Translations under genes and position numbers: made by a program | Notes under the pieces: model-generated | The model's input: only the letters and a program-made list of their open reading frames with translations | Databases searched by the model: none | What the model was told of the DNA's origin: nothing | Source of the DNA: Chiloscyllium plagiosum | Lineage: Eukaryota | Reading direction: 5' to 3' | Length of the DNA: 42,967 bases | Assembly: GCF_004010195.1 (NCBI RefSeq) | Contig: NC_057750.1 | Span: 14,680,030-14,722,996 of the forward strand | Shown: one piece after another, positions 12,130 through 23,934 of the stretch | How positions within the stretch are numbered: position 1 is the stretch's first letter | Layout: the number at the start of each line of letters is the position of its first letter

Positions 12130-12914
12130 TGTGACAATGTAAACTTCACAATTTTAATCACTTCATGGATGGAAAAAATCAGGAATGACTCTTTCTGGAG
12201 TAAACTTTTCTTGAGATGAAAAAGACAAGGAGAAACTGTCATAAAGAGGGGTTGAAGCAACTTCAACAGTCTGTTTCCTGGGAGAAAGAAGATAACAAAA
12301 CCACTTTGACACCTGCTTGATAAACTGAATGCTTTATTGCCACAAAGACCAAGAATAGCTCTGCAGAAGAATCTCAGGAGTCAATTGCAGGAAAAGCTCT
12401 GTTTGAAACAGACAGCTAACCCCAAATGTAAGATGGAACAGGGGAACTACTTCTGTTAAGAAGGCAAGCCACAGGATTGAGATTTCCAGAAACGTAATCA
12501 AAGTTGGGGATGAAAGAATCTTTTGAATCATCAATAATGTCACAACACAAACTTGAAAGGGGGAAAATTATAATAAGAATCCAACAACAGAACTCTCCCT
12601 TAGCAGAACTTCAAAGAGCAAAATTGCATAAGGATTAAACCCTGGACACTTCCAGAGACAGACCACTTTTGGTGAAAACCTGGCCAGTTTGCATCAATAA
12701 TCAGGTAATAACCAAGTTGAGTTGTGAGGCTTAACTTGCTTACTCGAGGGGTCTTATTTTGGTTTCTACAGGCAAAATGGTTTAAATCATTGCCTTAGTA
12801 CTTGACTGTCTGTGAGATTTCTTAATAAGGAGCCGAATTAAGGGTAACTTATGGTGACTTGTCCACAAGAGGTTTACATTTTTTCTTCAGTTGCTGCGCT
12901 ATCACATCATAACA
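12130..12914. mobile_element. Possible solo LTR
   Basis: Termini TGTGACAATG...CATCATAACA with flanks AGAC/ATAC. The left boundary is uncertain. Confidence 0.3.
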
Positions 12915-13564
12915 ATACCTTTTTTTGTGTCACCACATTTGTACTCATCCAGAAACAAATTGTTTTAAAAATATCAATATTTTCAATTTTGTTTGTTTAC
13001 AAGTTTAAAACGGTTCTCTTTTGCAGCCTTTCCTTCCCCCACCCACCAACACTGCCACCACCATCTCACCGCCCTCCACCCTTCAACCTCCCACGTTGTA
13101 AGCTCACTTCCTCTACCCTGTAGAAGTTTTGCCTTAAAGGGACAAATTTTCTTTAACTGGGTACTACATGAATGAATTTGCCTGGGTGATATGGGAGCAG
13201 TCAGGAGCAAATTCACACCCCTATCCCCAACTTTGTCCCCCTGTATTTTGAGCCCTGTCCCCCATATTTTTCTTAATGTGAATGCAACATGCAGGGAATA
13301 TCCTTTTTGCCTGCAGAGGAAAGGTCCCTGAGCATGAAAATATGCAACCTCGAGCAAGCACGCGACACATTGCTAGCCCAACTGACAATCTTAAATTGGC
13401 TTTGAGTGTAATTATTTGCAAACTCAGGATTATTTAGAACATGCAATCCAGTTCAACAATGACATGGAATACTATTGCAGAACAACACAGTACATGAGAC
13501 TGCCATTTGGTCCATCCTGCCCCTGCTGGCTTTTCAAAAGAGCTGCCAAATTGGGGGGGGGGGG

Positions 13565-13923
13565 GGGCGGCACAGTGGCTCAGTGATTAGCACTGCTGCC
13601 TCACACAGCCAGGGACCCAGGTTCGATTCCAACCTCGGGTGACTGTCTGTGTGGAGTTTACACATTCTCCCCATGTCTGTGTGGGTTTCCTCTGGGTGCT
13701 CTGGTTTCTTCCCACAATCCAAAGGTATGCAAGTTAGGTGAAGTGACTGTGCTAAATTGCCCGTAGAGTTCAGGGATGTGTAGGTTAGATGCATTAATTA
13801 GGGGTAAATATAGGGTTGGGGGAAATGGGTCTGGGGGGGTTACTCTTCGGAGGGTCGGTGTGGACTTGTTGGACCGAAGGGCCTGTTTCCACACTGTAGG
13901 GATTCTATGAATTCTATGATTCT
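13565..13923 (+). mobile_element. HE1-type SINE
   Basis: Same head, B box and tail as 3115-3428; ends in GATTCTAT repeats. Confidence 0.92.
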
Positions 13924-14396
13924 CGTGTCACGCCTATCCTTTAAATATTTCCCCTTTTCCTTATCCTTTAAAAATTCCTCTTTTACTTACTTACCTGCTT
14001 TCCTTCACTGAATCTGTTTCCACTATTCTTTTAGGCAATGCATCCCAGCTTATAAAGTACTAATTATGCAAGCAGTAGTCACAGGTATCAAAACATGTGA
14101 TTGTATATTGCCCAGTCTTAGGCTGCCATCTCCTGGACAACTGAAACCAGAACAGAAAATTATTTAAAGGTTAACTCACTGCATAAAAGCAGCTGGTCTT
14201 ATTTTAAATACAAAAATTGGATTGATGCACGGGTTTTGCAATGCCACTAACAAATAGGTAACAGTATAACTGGCCCTATTAACTGAGGGTATTATTATAA
14301 CCAAACATAATGAATGTCATGTTAGGGGGAGGACTTCTATTTTGTTGTTGAACAGTTTCACATACAATAAAATTCCTATCATAGGTTCACTCAGTA

Positions 14397-14901
14397 GCAG
14401 AGTCGCAAAGTGTGGCACCAGAAAAGCATGGCAGGTCAGGCAACATCCATGGAGCAGCGGGAAAGGGGGGGGGGGGGGGGGGGGGAGGGGGGGGGGGTGG
14501 GGGAGGGGGAGGAAGGAAGATGGACAGATAGGACAGTTCAAGAGGTTGTTCCTGAGTTGGAAGGTTAGATCTGGGATGAGGTGGGGGATGGGGGAGATGA
14601 GGAAACTGGTGAAATCGACGTTGATGTCATGGTGTTGGAGGGTCCAAAGGTGCAAGATGAGGCATTCTTCCTCCAGTTGTCAGGTGGCTAGGTAGGATTT
14701 GGTGGTGGAGGCGGCCCAGGACTTGCAAGTCCTTGATGGAGTGGGGGGGGAGGGGGGAAGTTGAAGTGGTCAGCCACAGGGCAGTGGGGTTGTTCGGTGC
14801 ATGTGTCCCAGAGATGTTCCACGAGTTGGCATCCTGTCTCTCCAATGTAGAAGAGGCCACCTTGAGAGCAACGGACACAGTAGATGAGGTGTGTGGATGT
14901 G
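14397..14901 (-). mobile_element. Penelope-like element (Neptune type), 5'-truncated GIY-YIG and pseudo-LTR fragment
   Basis: Minus strand encodes CTSTHLIYCVRCSQGGLFYIGETG and HLWTLQHHDINVDF. Flanked by the 9-bp TSD CACTCAGTA (14388-14396 and 14902-14910). Confidence 0.85.
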
Positions 14902-15924
14902 CACTCAGTACCTGATCCTGTTTGACAATACATCTTACTGCTTTCAGTTTGTTACATGACACTAACAAAGTCATGCTCTTTAGAGAGACTAATAAGGGTA
15001 CTGGCAGTTCAAGATAAAAGGGGATTTGAGGGATAAGCTGGTATAAATACCATAATCAGGTGCACTGTCCCAAATGTGTGCTCTCGCCCTGATGTCAAGA
15101 TGGAAGGCATAGGTTAGAAAGTGGAGGAACTTTCTGAAAGGGAATGACCACAGTTAATTGCCATGGTTTAATATGACATCAAGTCACCAATGACATCAGA
15201 TAAAGCAGTATGGTAGGTTTATAAAGAGCAGCAGTAAGAGATTACTCATCTTCATTGTGAGCATCAATGGTTTGGATATAAATCTGGAAGAAATGATGTC
15301 AAAATTTGTAGCTTATTCCAAAATAGAAGGAATGGCTAAATCTTTAGAATGAGGTTGCCCTGGAGAAGAGCCCTGGCATTAATCCCAGTTCAAGAGTCAA
15401 CAGTTCCAGTGGCAGCCACATACACATGATGGAGTTAGGGACAGATGATTGTGCTAAGCCTAAATTCTGCAATTTCTGTCCTGACCCAGTGGCTAATCTT
15501 GCACCCCTCCAAGGTTTATTGAAATAATTCCACGAAGGCGAGTATCCCATTACCAACTCACCTTTTAATTACATGTGCATAGTACTTAACACTGGTCCAG
15601 CTAGCACAGAGCCAGCTCCTACAGTGAACAGAACCCCTGACACTCCTGTTTATTTTTTTATTAAAAAATTACAAAACATTTTACAAAAAAACAGTTAACA
15701 TTTACAGCTGTATACAACAGCAATTTTACAAGGGAGAGGAGCAGCAAAGCCAGGCCCCAAACCCGACTGTTCAACCAGTTTACAGGGAGATGAGGACAAA
15801 CCTCAAATCCCAGTTTCACATATGAAAAGACAGCGACAATGACATTTGTACATGAAACAATCCTGTTACATAGGAAAGTGCAGACAATACAGACCTAGCA
15901 AGCCCCCATCCCTCCCACCTTCCA

Positions 15925-16530
15925 GCCACTGAGACAGCCCGCCCCTATTCTGGCTCTCGGTCCACCCCATGCCCCTTCCAGTTCTCGGTCTGCCCTGACA
16001 CACCTTTCGACCACCTCTAGGACAGCCCACCCCGGTACCTGCCCGGGGTGACAGCGCTGAGGACGGCTACCTGCCTTCTGGCTCTCGGTCTACCCCTACG
16101 TACCATTGGGCTCTCACCCACCCCGATGCGCTGTCCAGCCAGTGGGCTATCCTGACACACATTCCGGCCACCTCTAGGACAGCCCGTCCCCTTCACTGGG
16201 ACAACAGCGTGCAGGGTAGCATACAATCCTTTCAGATCTCAGCCTGCCCTTACACTCCTTCTGGCTCTCAGCTACTCTGACACACCTTCCGACCACCTCT
16301 AGGACAGCCCCTCCCAATCACCCCTTCTCAGGATGACAATGCTCAGAACAGCCTACCCACTATCTCGCTCTCAGGGTAACTGGCTTCAGGGTAGCCTACC
16401 CTACCCTCCGGCAGTCAGGACAGCCTACCAACCTTCAGGTTCACAGGATGGCCTACCCACTCTCCGGCTCTCAGGGCGACAGCTTTCAGGACATCCCATG
16501 AGCCTCCCAGCTCACAGTAAGGCCTGCTAG
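15925..16530. repeat. Degenerate GC-rich tandem repeat within insert 1
   Basis: CTGACACAC(C/A)TT.CG.CCACCTCTAGGACAGCCC recurs near 15996, 16152 and 16277; CTGGCTCTC(G/A)G recurs throughout. Confidence 0.75.
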
Positions 16531-17223
16531 ACCCTGAGACACACAAGACAGTGCAGTTGATAGACCCAACAAACACCACAATACAGTTAATTACCAAAAA
16601 ACACACAAAGTCCTTTCTGGTGCAGAGAGTCCAGATATAGAGTCCTCTAAATGTAGAGTCTATTCTCAGGAACAGACTCTACATTGAGGTGCATTGTCCA
16701 AAATGGAGTCCACTCCAAACTGTAGAGTCCACTCCTGAAGGCAGCAAATGCACACCCCACAGGTGTTCAGTTTCCATGGAGTCCTGGCCCAGCCTTGGAA
16801 AACCAGGCCCACTCACAGGAACAGTACATTGTACAGGTGCAGTTAACTCATAAGGGTTTGGTCCACTCCTGAAGGAAAGGTCTTCCCCCAAACTCCAGGA
16901 TACATCAAGTGCTTACCTCCCAGCACACACACAGGTGTTCAATTTTCAGAGGCCCAGTCCCAGGGCTAGGCCTCCCCATAGGAACAGCTCCTCTGGTAAA
17001 ATGTATGTCTTCCACAAGGGCTCAGTCCAAACACCAAAAACAGTGAAGATACACAAAAAAAAACAAAGAAATCTAGAGTCCAAGGGCTAAGCCCTACCAC
17101 AAAATTAACATTGTCCTTTTCTCAAAAAAAGAAAGAAAGGAATAGCACACAGGCTGTAACCAGCCAGTGAAACAACAACCCCCTAATGAGAACTGAGTTA
17201 CACCTGAAACACATTGTGTGCAT

Positions 17224-17359
17224 CAGGAGTTCCTGAAGAAGGGCTCATGCCCGAAACGTCGATTCTCCTGTTCCTTGGATGCTGCCTGACCTGCTGAGCT
17301 TTTCCAGCAACACATTTTCAGCTCTGATCTCCAGCATCTGCAGTCCTCACTTTCTCCTG
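17224..17359 (+). ncRNA. Intact-looking type I hammerhead ribozyme in a PLE-derived mini element
   Basis: Stem I CAGGAG/CTCCTG, CTGAAGA (17233-17239), stem II GGGC-TCAT-GCCC, GAAA (17253-17256), palindromic ACGT, GTC cleavage triplet (17258-17260), then the full tail. Confidence 0.85.
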
Positions 17360-17493
17360 GCTAAATAATTCAGCCAGTTCAGGAATCAGGCTTCCCCCTC
17401 CAAACAAAAGGGAAACAGAAACTAATAGTAACACACTGACTATAGCACCAGCCAGCACCTACAGTGAACAGAACCCCTGACACTCCTGTTTAT

Positions 17494-17721
17494 TTTTTGT
17501 GTTTTTTTTCCTTTTTTTTAAGTGCACGAATCTTTATTTAATTTCCACCACCAGAAAGATAGGAAAACATCCGGGTGGCCAGCGACAAGCAGTGCCCTTA
17601 CATCAAAGGGCAATGCTGTGTGATCAAACAGTGAAGGGGAGGGTAGGAACTAAATCAAAATAGAGTTGGAGGGGGAAATAATTCACTCCACTCCCTGCGG
17701 TGCCCACCTCTCCCTGAACAA
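17494..17721 (-). mobile_element. Short non-autonomous poly(A) retroelement (insert 2)
   Basis: Minus-strand AATAAA (17533-17538) about 13 nt before an A-rich tail; bounded by GACACTCCTGTTTAT repeats; highly similar to insert 3. Confidence 0.75.
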
Positions 17722-17736
17722 GACACTCCTGTTTAT

Positions 17737-18062
17737 TTTTTAAAAAAATTTTCCTTCTCTTTTTTTTCTTCCTTTTTTTAAAAAATAACCCCCACACTAC
17801 CGCCTAACTGCGGTGGTGCTTATTTTTTTCCCCAGCACCCATGGTGTGTGTGTGCAGGTGTGAGACACAGTGAGAGACACAAGGTGTATGAATCTTTATT
17901 CAATTTCCACCACCAGGAAGATAGGAAAACACCCGAGTGGCCAGTGACAAGCAGTGCCCTTCACATCAAACAGTGAAGGGGAGGGCAGGGACTAAATCAA
18001 AATAGAGTTGGAGGGGAAATAATGCACTCCACTCCCTGCGGCACCCACCTCTCCCTGAACAA
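17737..18062 (-). mobile_element. Short non-autonomous poly(A) retroelement (insert 3, longer 3' form)
   Basis: Same 5' start as insert 2 (TTGTTCAGGGAGAGGTGGG on -), about 100 extra 3' nt and an A-rich tail; TSD at 17722-17736 and 18063-18077. Confidence 0.75.
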
Positions 18063-18254
18063 GACACTCCTGTTTATATCTGTCAGCCAGGACTCCCTAT
18101 TTGGATCAGGTTAACAGCCCCAATCACAGCACTCATATTCTATGATATCCACCTGGCTGACCTCATTCCAATCATTATATGTATCATTCATTAGACTGAT
18201 TACTAAAAACCACACACAGTACTCCAGCTGAGGTGCAACTGGGATAAAGAATTT

Positions 18255-18500
18255 TAAATGTTAATGACCCTCAGAAAGAGAGAAACTTCCTCACCTTCAT
18301 CCTAAACGGGAGACTCATTATTCTGAGACTATACCTTTAGTTCTGGATCCCTTCACAATAAATAAAAATTCTCTCAGCATCTACACTGTTAACCACCTCT
18401 GAATCTAGTAGGATCACTTATCAACTCCCAACTGACAAATCTCCTTTATCCTAGGAATCAATGTAGTGAACCTTCTTGAACCAGCTCCAAAACAAGTATG
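18255..18500 (-). mobile_element. Old CR1 fragment (continues at about 19353-19491 and 23935-24760)
   Basis: Decayed minus-strand CR1 3' ORF2 sequence that resumes collinearly after each younger insertion. Confidence 0.55.
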
Positions 18501-18506
18501 ACAATT

Positions 18507-19352
18507 TGTTATGATCCCAGCTAACATTATGACTAGTCAAGTCAGATATGAAAATGAAATCTGGTCTGATAAATTATTTTCTTTTGAATTAAATGTGGCA
18601 ATCTCCCACAGAAACGTGAGTGTACAAGACTGCAAATGTTGTTTTAACAATAAAACAGTAGTTTATTTCACAAAAGAAATAGAACTAACACAAAACAAAC
18701 TAACCTACATGTAGTTTGAAAGATTTCAAAGTATAAGCAAAATAAAATTCCACGTACTTCCCAATATTATCACTTTACAGTTACTCAAAATCTCCAAATT
18801 CTGTCCTGACTAAATCTGTCGGTATGAATTAACGGCTTCATCTCAACTCCTGACCTGTGAGTTGTGAGAGCTTTTCCTTTGATCACTCCACAACTGAGCT
18901 CTTAGACTTTCTCAGTGTTTTAAAAATCTGCAGAATTCTAACCAAACATTCCTGGTCTGGACATTTAACAAGCTATACTCTTTTGCCGAGGTAACATTTC
19001 CTCAGCTGCTTTGAACCCTTTTCCTAGTAGATGCTAGACTTACTTTTGACCATAATCAGGTCTTCTTTGAACTGAACCTTTTTTTAAAAACAACTTGCTA
19101 TCCCAGATGCTACTAAGGTCATGGTTTGATGTTTTCTTTCAAAACAATGTGCTCTCCTACACTCTGCTAAGCTCAAAGCTTGATGTTTTCTCTCTTCTGT
19201 AGTAAACCGCAGTATAAACAAAGTTCCATGAATACTCCAAGAGTCAAATACTAAGTTAAATCAGGCTTTTAGGATGATTGACTCAGTTAATTGTTAAATT
19301 ATTTCACAAAAACAGGCCAACACTCATATGCCACTAGAATAAAAATCTCACA
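18507..19352. mobile_element. Probable solo LTR inserted in the old CR1
   Basis: Begins TGTTATGA and ends TCTCACA; interrupts collinear CR1 sequence. No clean TSD. Confidence 0.4.
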
Positions 19353-19492
19353 CCTTCTTTGAAAGGAGGCCAAACTGTAAACAGGATGATGTGCAACCTC
19401 ACTAATACCATGCACAGTTCTACTGTTATACTTCATCCTCCTTGCAATAAGGACCAACATTCCACTTACTGTCCAAATGACTTACTGTACCT

Positions 19493-22400
19493 AGAGTCAT
19501 AGAGTCAGAGATGTACAGCATGGAAACAGACCCTTCGGTCCAATCCATCCATGCCAACCAGATATCCCAACCCAATCTAGTCCCAACTGCCAGCACCCAA
19601 CCCATATCTCTCTAAGCCCTTCCTATTCATATACCCATCCAGATGCCTTTTAAATGTTGCAATCGTACCAGCCTCCACCACATCCTCTGGCAGCTGAATC
19701 CATACACGTACCACCCTCTGTGTGAAAAAGTTGTCCTTTAGGTCTCTTTTATAGCTTTCCCCTCTCATCCTAAACCTATGCCCTCTAGTTCTGGACTCCC
19801 CCATCCCAGGGAAAAGACCTTATCTATTTATCCTATCCACGCCTCTCATAATTGTGTAAACCTCTACAAGATCACCCCGCAGCCTCCGAAGTTCCATGGA
19901 AAACAGTCCCAGCCTGTTCAGCCATTGTCTATAGCTCAAATCCTCCAACCCCGGCAACATCCTTGTAAACCTTTTCTGAACCCTTTCAAGTTTCATAACA
20001 TCCTTCTGATAGGAAGGAGACCAGAATTGCACGTAATATTCCAAAATTGGCCTAACCAATGTCCTGTACAGCCACGTGACCTCCCAACTCCTGTACTCAA
20101 TACTCTGACCAATAAAGGAAAGCATACCAAACGCCTTCTTCACTATCCTATCTATCTGCAACTCTACTTTCAAGGAGCTATGAACCTGCACTCATAGGTC
20201 TCTTTGTTCAGCAACACTCCCCAGGACCTTACCATTAGTGTATAAATCCTGCTAAGATTTGCTTTCCCAAAATGCAGCACCTTGCATTTATCTGAATTAA
20301 ACTCCATCTGCCACTCCTCAGCCCATTGGCCCATCTGATCAAGATCCTGCTGTAATCTGAAATAACCTTCTTCGCTGTCCACTACACCTCCAATTTTGGT
20401 GTCATCTGCAAACTTACTATCTACACGTCTTATGCTCACATCCAAATCATTTATATAAATGATGAAAAGTAGAGGACCCAGCACTGATCTTTGTGGCACT
20501 CCACTGGTCACAGGCCTCCAGTCTGAAAAGCAACCCTCCACCACCACCTTCTGTCTTCTACCTTTGAGCCAGTTCTGTATCCAAGTGGCTAGTCCTCCCT
20601 TTATTCCATGAGATCTAACCTTGCTAATCAGTCTCCCATGGGGAACCTTGTCGATCGCCTTACTGAAGTCCATGTAGATCATATCTACTCCTCTGCCCTC
20701 ATCAATCTTCTTTGTTACTTCCTCAAAAAAATCAATCAAGTTTGTGAGACATGATTTCCCACGCACAAAGCCATCTTCACTTTCCCCAATCAGTCCTTGC
20801 CTTTCCAAATACATATACATCCTGTCCCTCAGGATTCCCTCCAACAACTTGCCCACCACTGATGCCAGGCTCACCGGTCTATAGTTCCCTGGCTTGTGCA
20901 TACCACCTTTCTTAAACGGTGGCACCACATTAGCCAACCTCCAGTCTTCCAGCACCTCACCTGTGACTATCGATGATACAAATATCTCAGCAAGAGGCCC
21001 AGCAATCACTTCCCTAGCTTCCCACAGAGTTCAAGGATACACCTGACCAAGTCCTGGGGATATATCCACTTTTATGCTTTTCAAGACATCCAGCACATCC
21101 TCCTCTATAATATGGAAATTTTTCAAGATGTCACCATCATCTATTTCCCTACATTCTATGTCTTCCATGTCCTTTTCCACAGTAAACACTGATGGAAAAT
21201 ACTCATTTAGTATCTCCTCCATCTCCTGCGTCTCCACACAAAGGCCGCCTTGCTGATCCCTGAGGGGCCCTATTCTCTCCCTAGTTACCCTTTTGTCCTT
21301 AATGTATTAATGTCGTTAACTTTATTTGCCAAAGCTATCTCATGTCCCCTTTTTGCCCTCCTGATTTCCCTCTTAAGTATACTCCTTGTACCTTTACACT
21401 CTAAGGATTCACTCGATCTATCCTGTTTATACATGACATATGCTTTCTTCTTTTTCTTAACCAAACCCTCAATTTCTTTAGTCATCCAGCATTCCCTATA
21501 CCTACCAGCCTTCCCTTTCACCCTGACAGGAATATACTTTCTCTGGGCTCTCATTACCTCATTTATGAAGGCTGCCTCCAATCAGCTTTTGAAAGTTCTT
21601 GCCTAATACCGTCAAAATTGGCCTTTCACTAATTTAGAACTTCAACTTTTAGATCTGGTCTATCCTTTACCATCACTATTTTAAAACTAATAGAATTATG
21701 GTCGCTGGCCCCAAAGTGCTCCCCCACTGACACCTCAGTCACCTGCCCTGCCTCATTTCCCAAGAGTAGGTCAAGTTTTGTACCTTCTCTAGTAGGTATA
21801 TCCACAAACTAAATCAGAAAATTTTCTTGTACATGCTAAACAAATTCCTCTGCATCTAAAACCTTAACACTATGGCAGTCCCAGTCTATGTTTGGAAAGT
21901 TAAAATCCCCTACCATAACACCCTATTATTCTTACAGATAACTGAGATCTCCTTACAAATTTGTTTCTCAATTTCCCTCTGACATTAGGAAGTCCATAAT
22001 ACAATCCCAATAAGGTGATCAATCCCTTTCTTATTTCTCAGTTCCACCCAAATTATGTCCCTGGATGTATTTCCGGGAATATTCTCCTTCAGTACAGCTG
22101 TAATGCTATCCCTTATCAAAAACGCCACTCCCCTTCCTCTCTTGCCTCCCTTTCTGTCCTTCCTATAGCATTTGTATCCTGGAACATTAAGCCGCCAGTC
22201 CTGTCCATCCCTGAGCCACATGTCTGTAATTGCAGTCCCATTTTCCAAACCATGCCAAGTTCATCTGCCTTCCCTGTTTAATTTATCAGTCCTACCGTGG
22301 TCCCTGCCTGCCCAGTTTGACTCGCTTCTTTTCTCAACTGTACCAGTCTCAGGCTGATCCCTTTCCCAAGTCCCTCGGTCCCACCTTCCCCCAACCCCCA

Positions 22401-23934
22401 CACCTGATTAGCTTAAATCCTCCCAAGCAGCTCTAGCAAATCTCCCTGCCAATATTAGTCCCCTTCCAATTCATCCTTCCTTCTTGTACAGGTCACTTCT
22501 ACCCCAGTAGAGATTCCAATGATTTAAAAATGTGAATCCTTCTCCAATACACCAGATCCTCAGTCATGCATTCATCTGCTCTATCCTCCTGTTCCTACCC
22601 TCACTAGCTCATGGCACCAGGAATATTCCAGATTTTACTACTCTCGAGGACCTCCTTTTTAAATTCCTGCCTAATCTCTATATTCCCCCTTCAAAATCTC
22701 ATCCTTTTCCCTTCCTATGTCGTTAGTTCCAATGTGTACAATTACCTCCTGCTGGGCCCCCTACCCTTGAGAACATTCTGTACCCTCTCTGAGGACTTCC
22801 TTGATCTTGGCATCAGGGAGGAAACACACCATTCTGATTTTTTGCTGCTAGCCACAGCCAAGGATGTGCCTTGCACTAGACAGTCCCCTAATACAATTGA
22901 TCTCTTGGAACCCGATGTACCCCTCATTGCATTAGAGCCAGTCTCAATGCCAAAAACTTGGCTATTCATGTTACATTCCCCTGAGAATCCATCACTCCCT
23001 TACATTTTCCAAAACAGCATACCTGTTTGAAATGGGGATAGCCACAGAAGACTCCTGCACTACCTGCCTACCTCTCTTACCTTTCCTGGAGTTAACCAAT
23101 CTATGTGACTATATCTGAGAATTTCCCCCTTTCCTATAACTGCCATCCATCACACCCCCTTGCTCTTGTAAATTCCTGCCTCTAACTGTCTCTCCAACCA
23201 AACCATTCGATCTGATAGGATTAACAACGAACAGCATTTATTGCAGATATAATCCTCAGTAACACGTAAACTCTCCCTAAGCTCCCACATCCGACAAGAA
23301 GAGCATATCACTCTAAGGGCAGTTTTGCTTCTCCCAGTCTGCAGACACAGAATATTCCTCTACAAAACACTGCTCCAGTCTAACTTAATCCTAATGCCTT
23401 ATATTTTTAAGTTCAATCAAGAGACATATCTCAATAAATCATAATCAAGAAAGAACCCACTCTACTCACTTCTGCAGACCTACAGCAAGGCCCCAAGGCC
23501 ACATTTAAAACTATTCACTTATCTGTCCCTGTGCTGTGACCTCTCCCAAACAGGTGCTTCCAAGATCAGTTGTGAATTTCACTGTTTGTTAATTTTCCCA
23601 GATGCACTCCAATGTCCAGCAGTACATGAATTCAACAGCAAAGGCAGTAACTGCACAGGTTCACTGCTGTGTCAGTTAGCAGTGTGGGTTTCTTTCTCTC
23701 TCTCTCTCCTGCACAGACCATGTGCTCCCTTTGTCTGTTCCTCTCCCTTTTAAAAGAAGTGCTATTGTTTTGACTTGCTTTTTTCCAATGTTCTAAAACA
23801 ATGCAACAGCATATAAAACAGTAATTGCTGCTCCTGAAATTTGAGGCAATCACCTCCAACACCTAAAATATCTCAAAAAAAAGGAGCTGTTACAGCAGAA
23901 TTTTTCCCATCCTCCATCTTGGATTACCCAGAAT
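19493..23934 (-). mobile_element. CR1 LINE, apparently full length, degenerate
   Basis: RT ORF 20170-21009 (NYRPVSLASVVGK, YMDFSKAIDKVPH, SGVPQRSVLGPLLF, KFADDTKIG); endonuclease DWRLNVPGYKCYRKDR; ORF1 esterase IVLGDCLVQG; CTCTATGACTCT tail at the left end. Confidence 0.95.

Larger units (their letters stand above)
15654..17449 (-). mobile_element. 1.8-kb non-coding poly(A)-ended insertion with internal tandem repeats (insert 1)
   Basis: Minus-strand 3' end TTTTTTAATAAAAAAA. Bounded by a 44-bp duplication (15610-15653 and 17450-17493, 1 mismatch). No recognisable protein. Confidence 0.7.
15520..18179 (-). mobile_element. Small solo LTR (about 236 bp net: 15520-15653 plus 18078-18179) split at its TATA box by three insertions
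   Basis: Termini TGAAATAA...TCATTATA with flanks TTTAT/TGTAT. On the minus strand: ATTGG boxes, then GATATAAACAGGAGTGTC (TATA), then ATTAAA near the far end. Confidence 0.7.

Noticed and set aside
14465..14511. Poly-G run as a functional G-quadruplex
   Set aside because: It lies within a dead PLE; homopolymer expansion or base-calling error is equally likely.
15639..18077. Repeated 15-mer as a CRISPR-like array
   Set aside because: Eukaryotic context, spacers of 230-1800 bp with poly(A) ends, and no cas genes; better explained as target-site duplications.
20170..21009. 279-aa ORF as a functional reverse transcriptase gene
   Set aside because: It is a fragment of a frameshifted CR1 ORF2 with altered motifs (QRS for QGS), not an intact gene.
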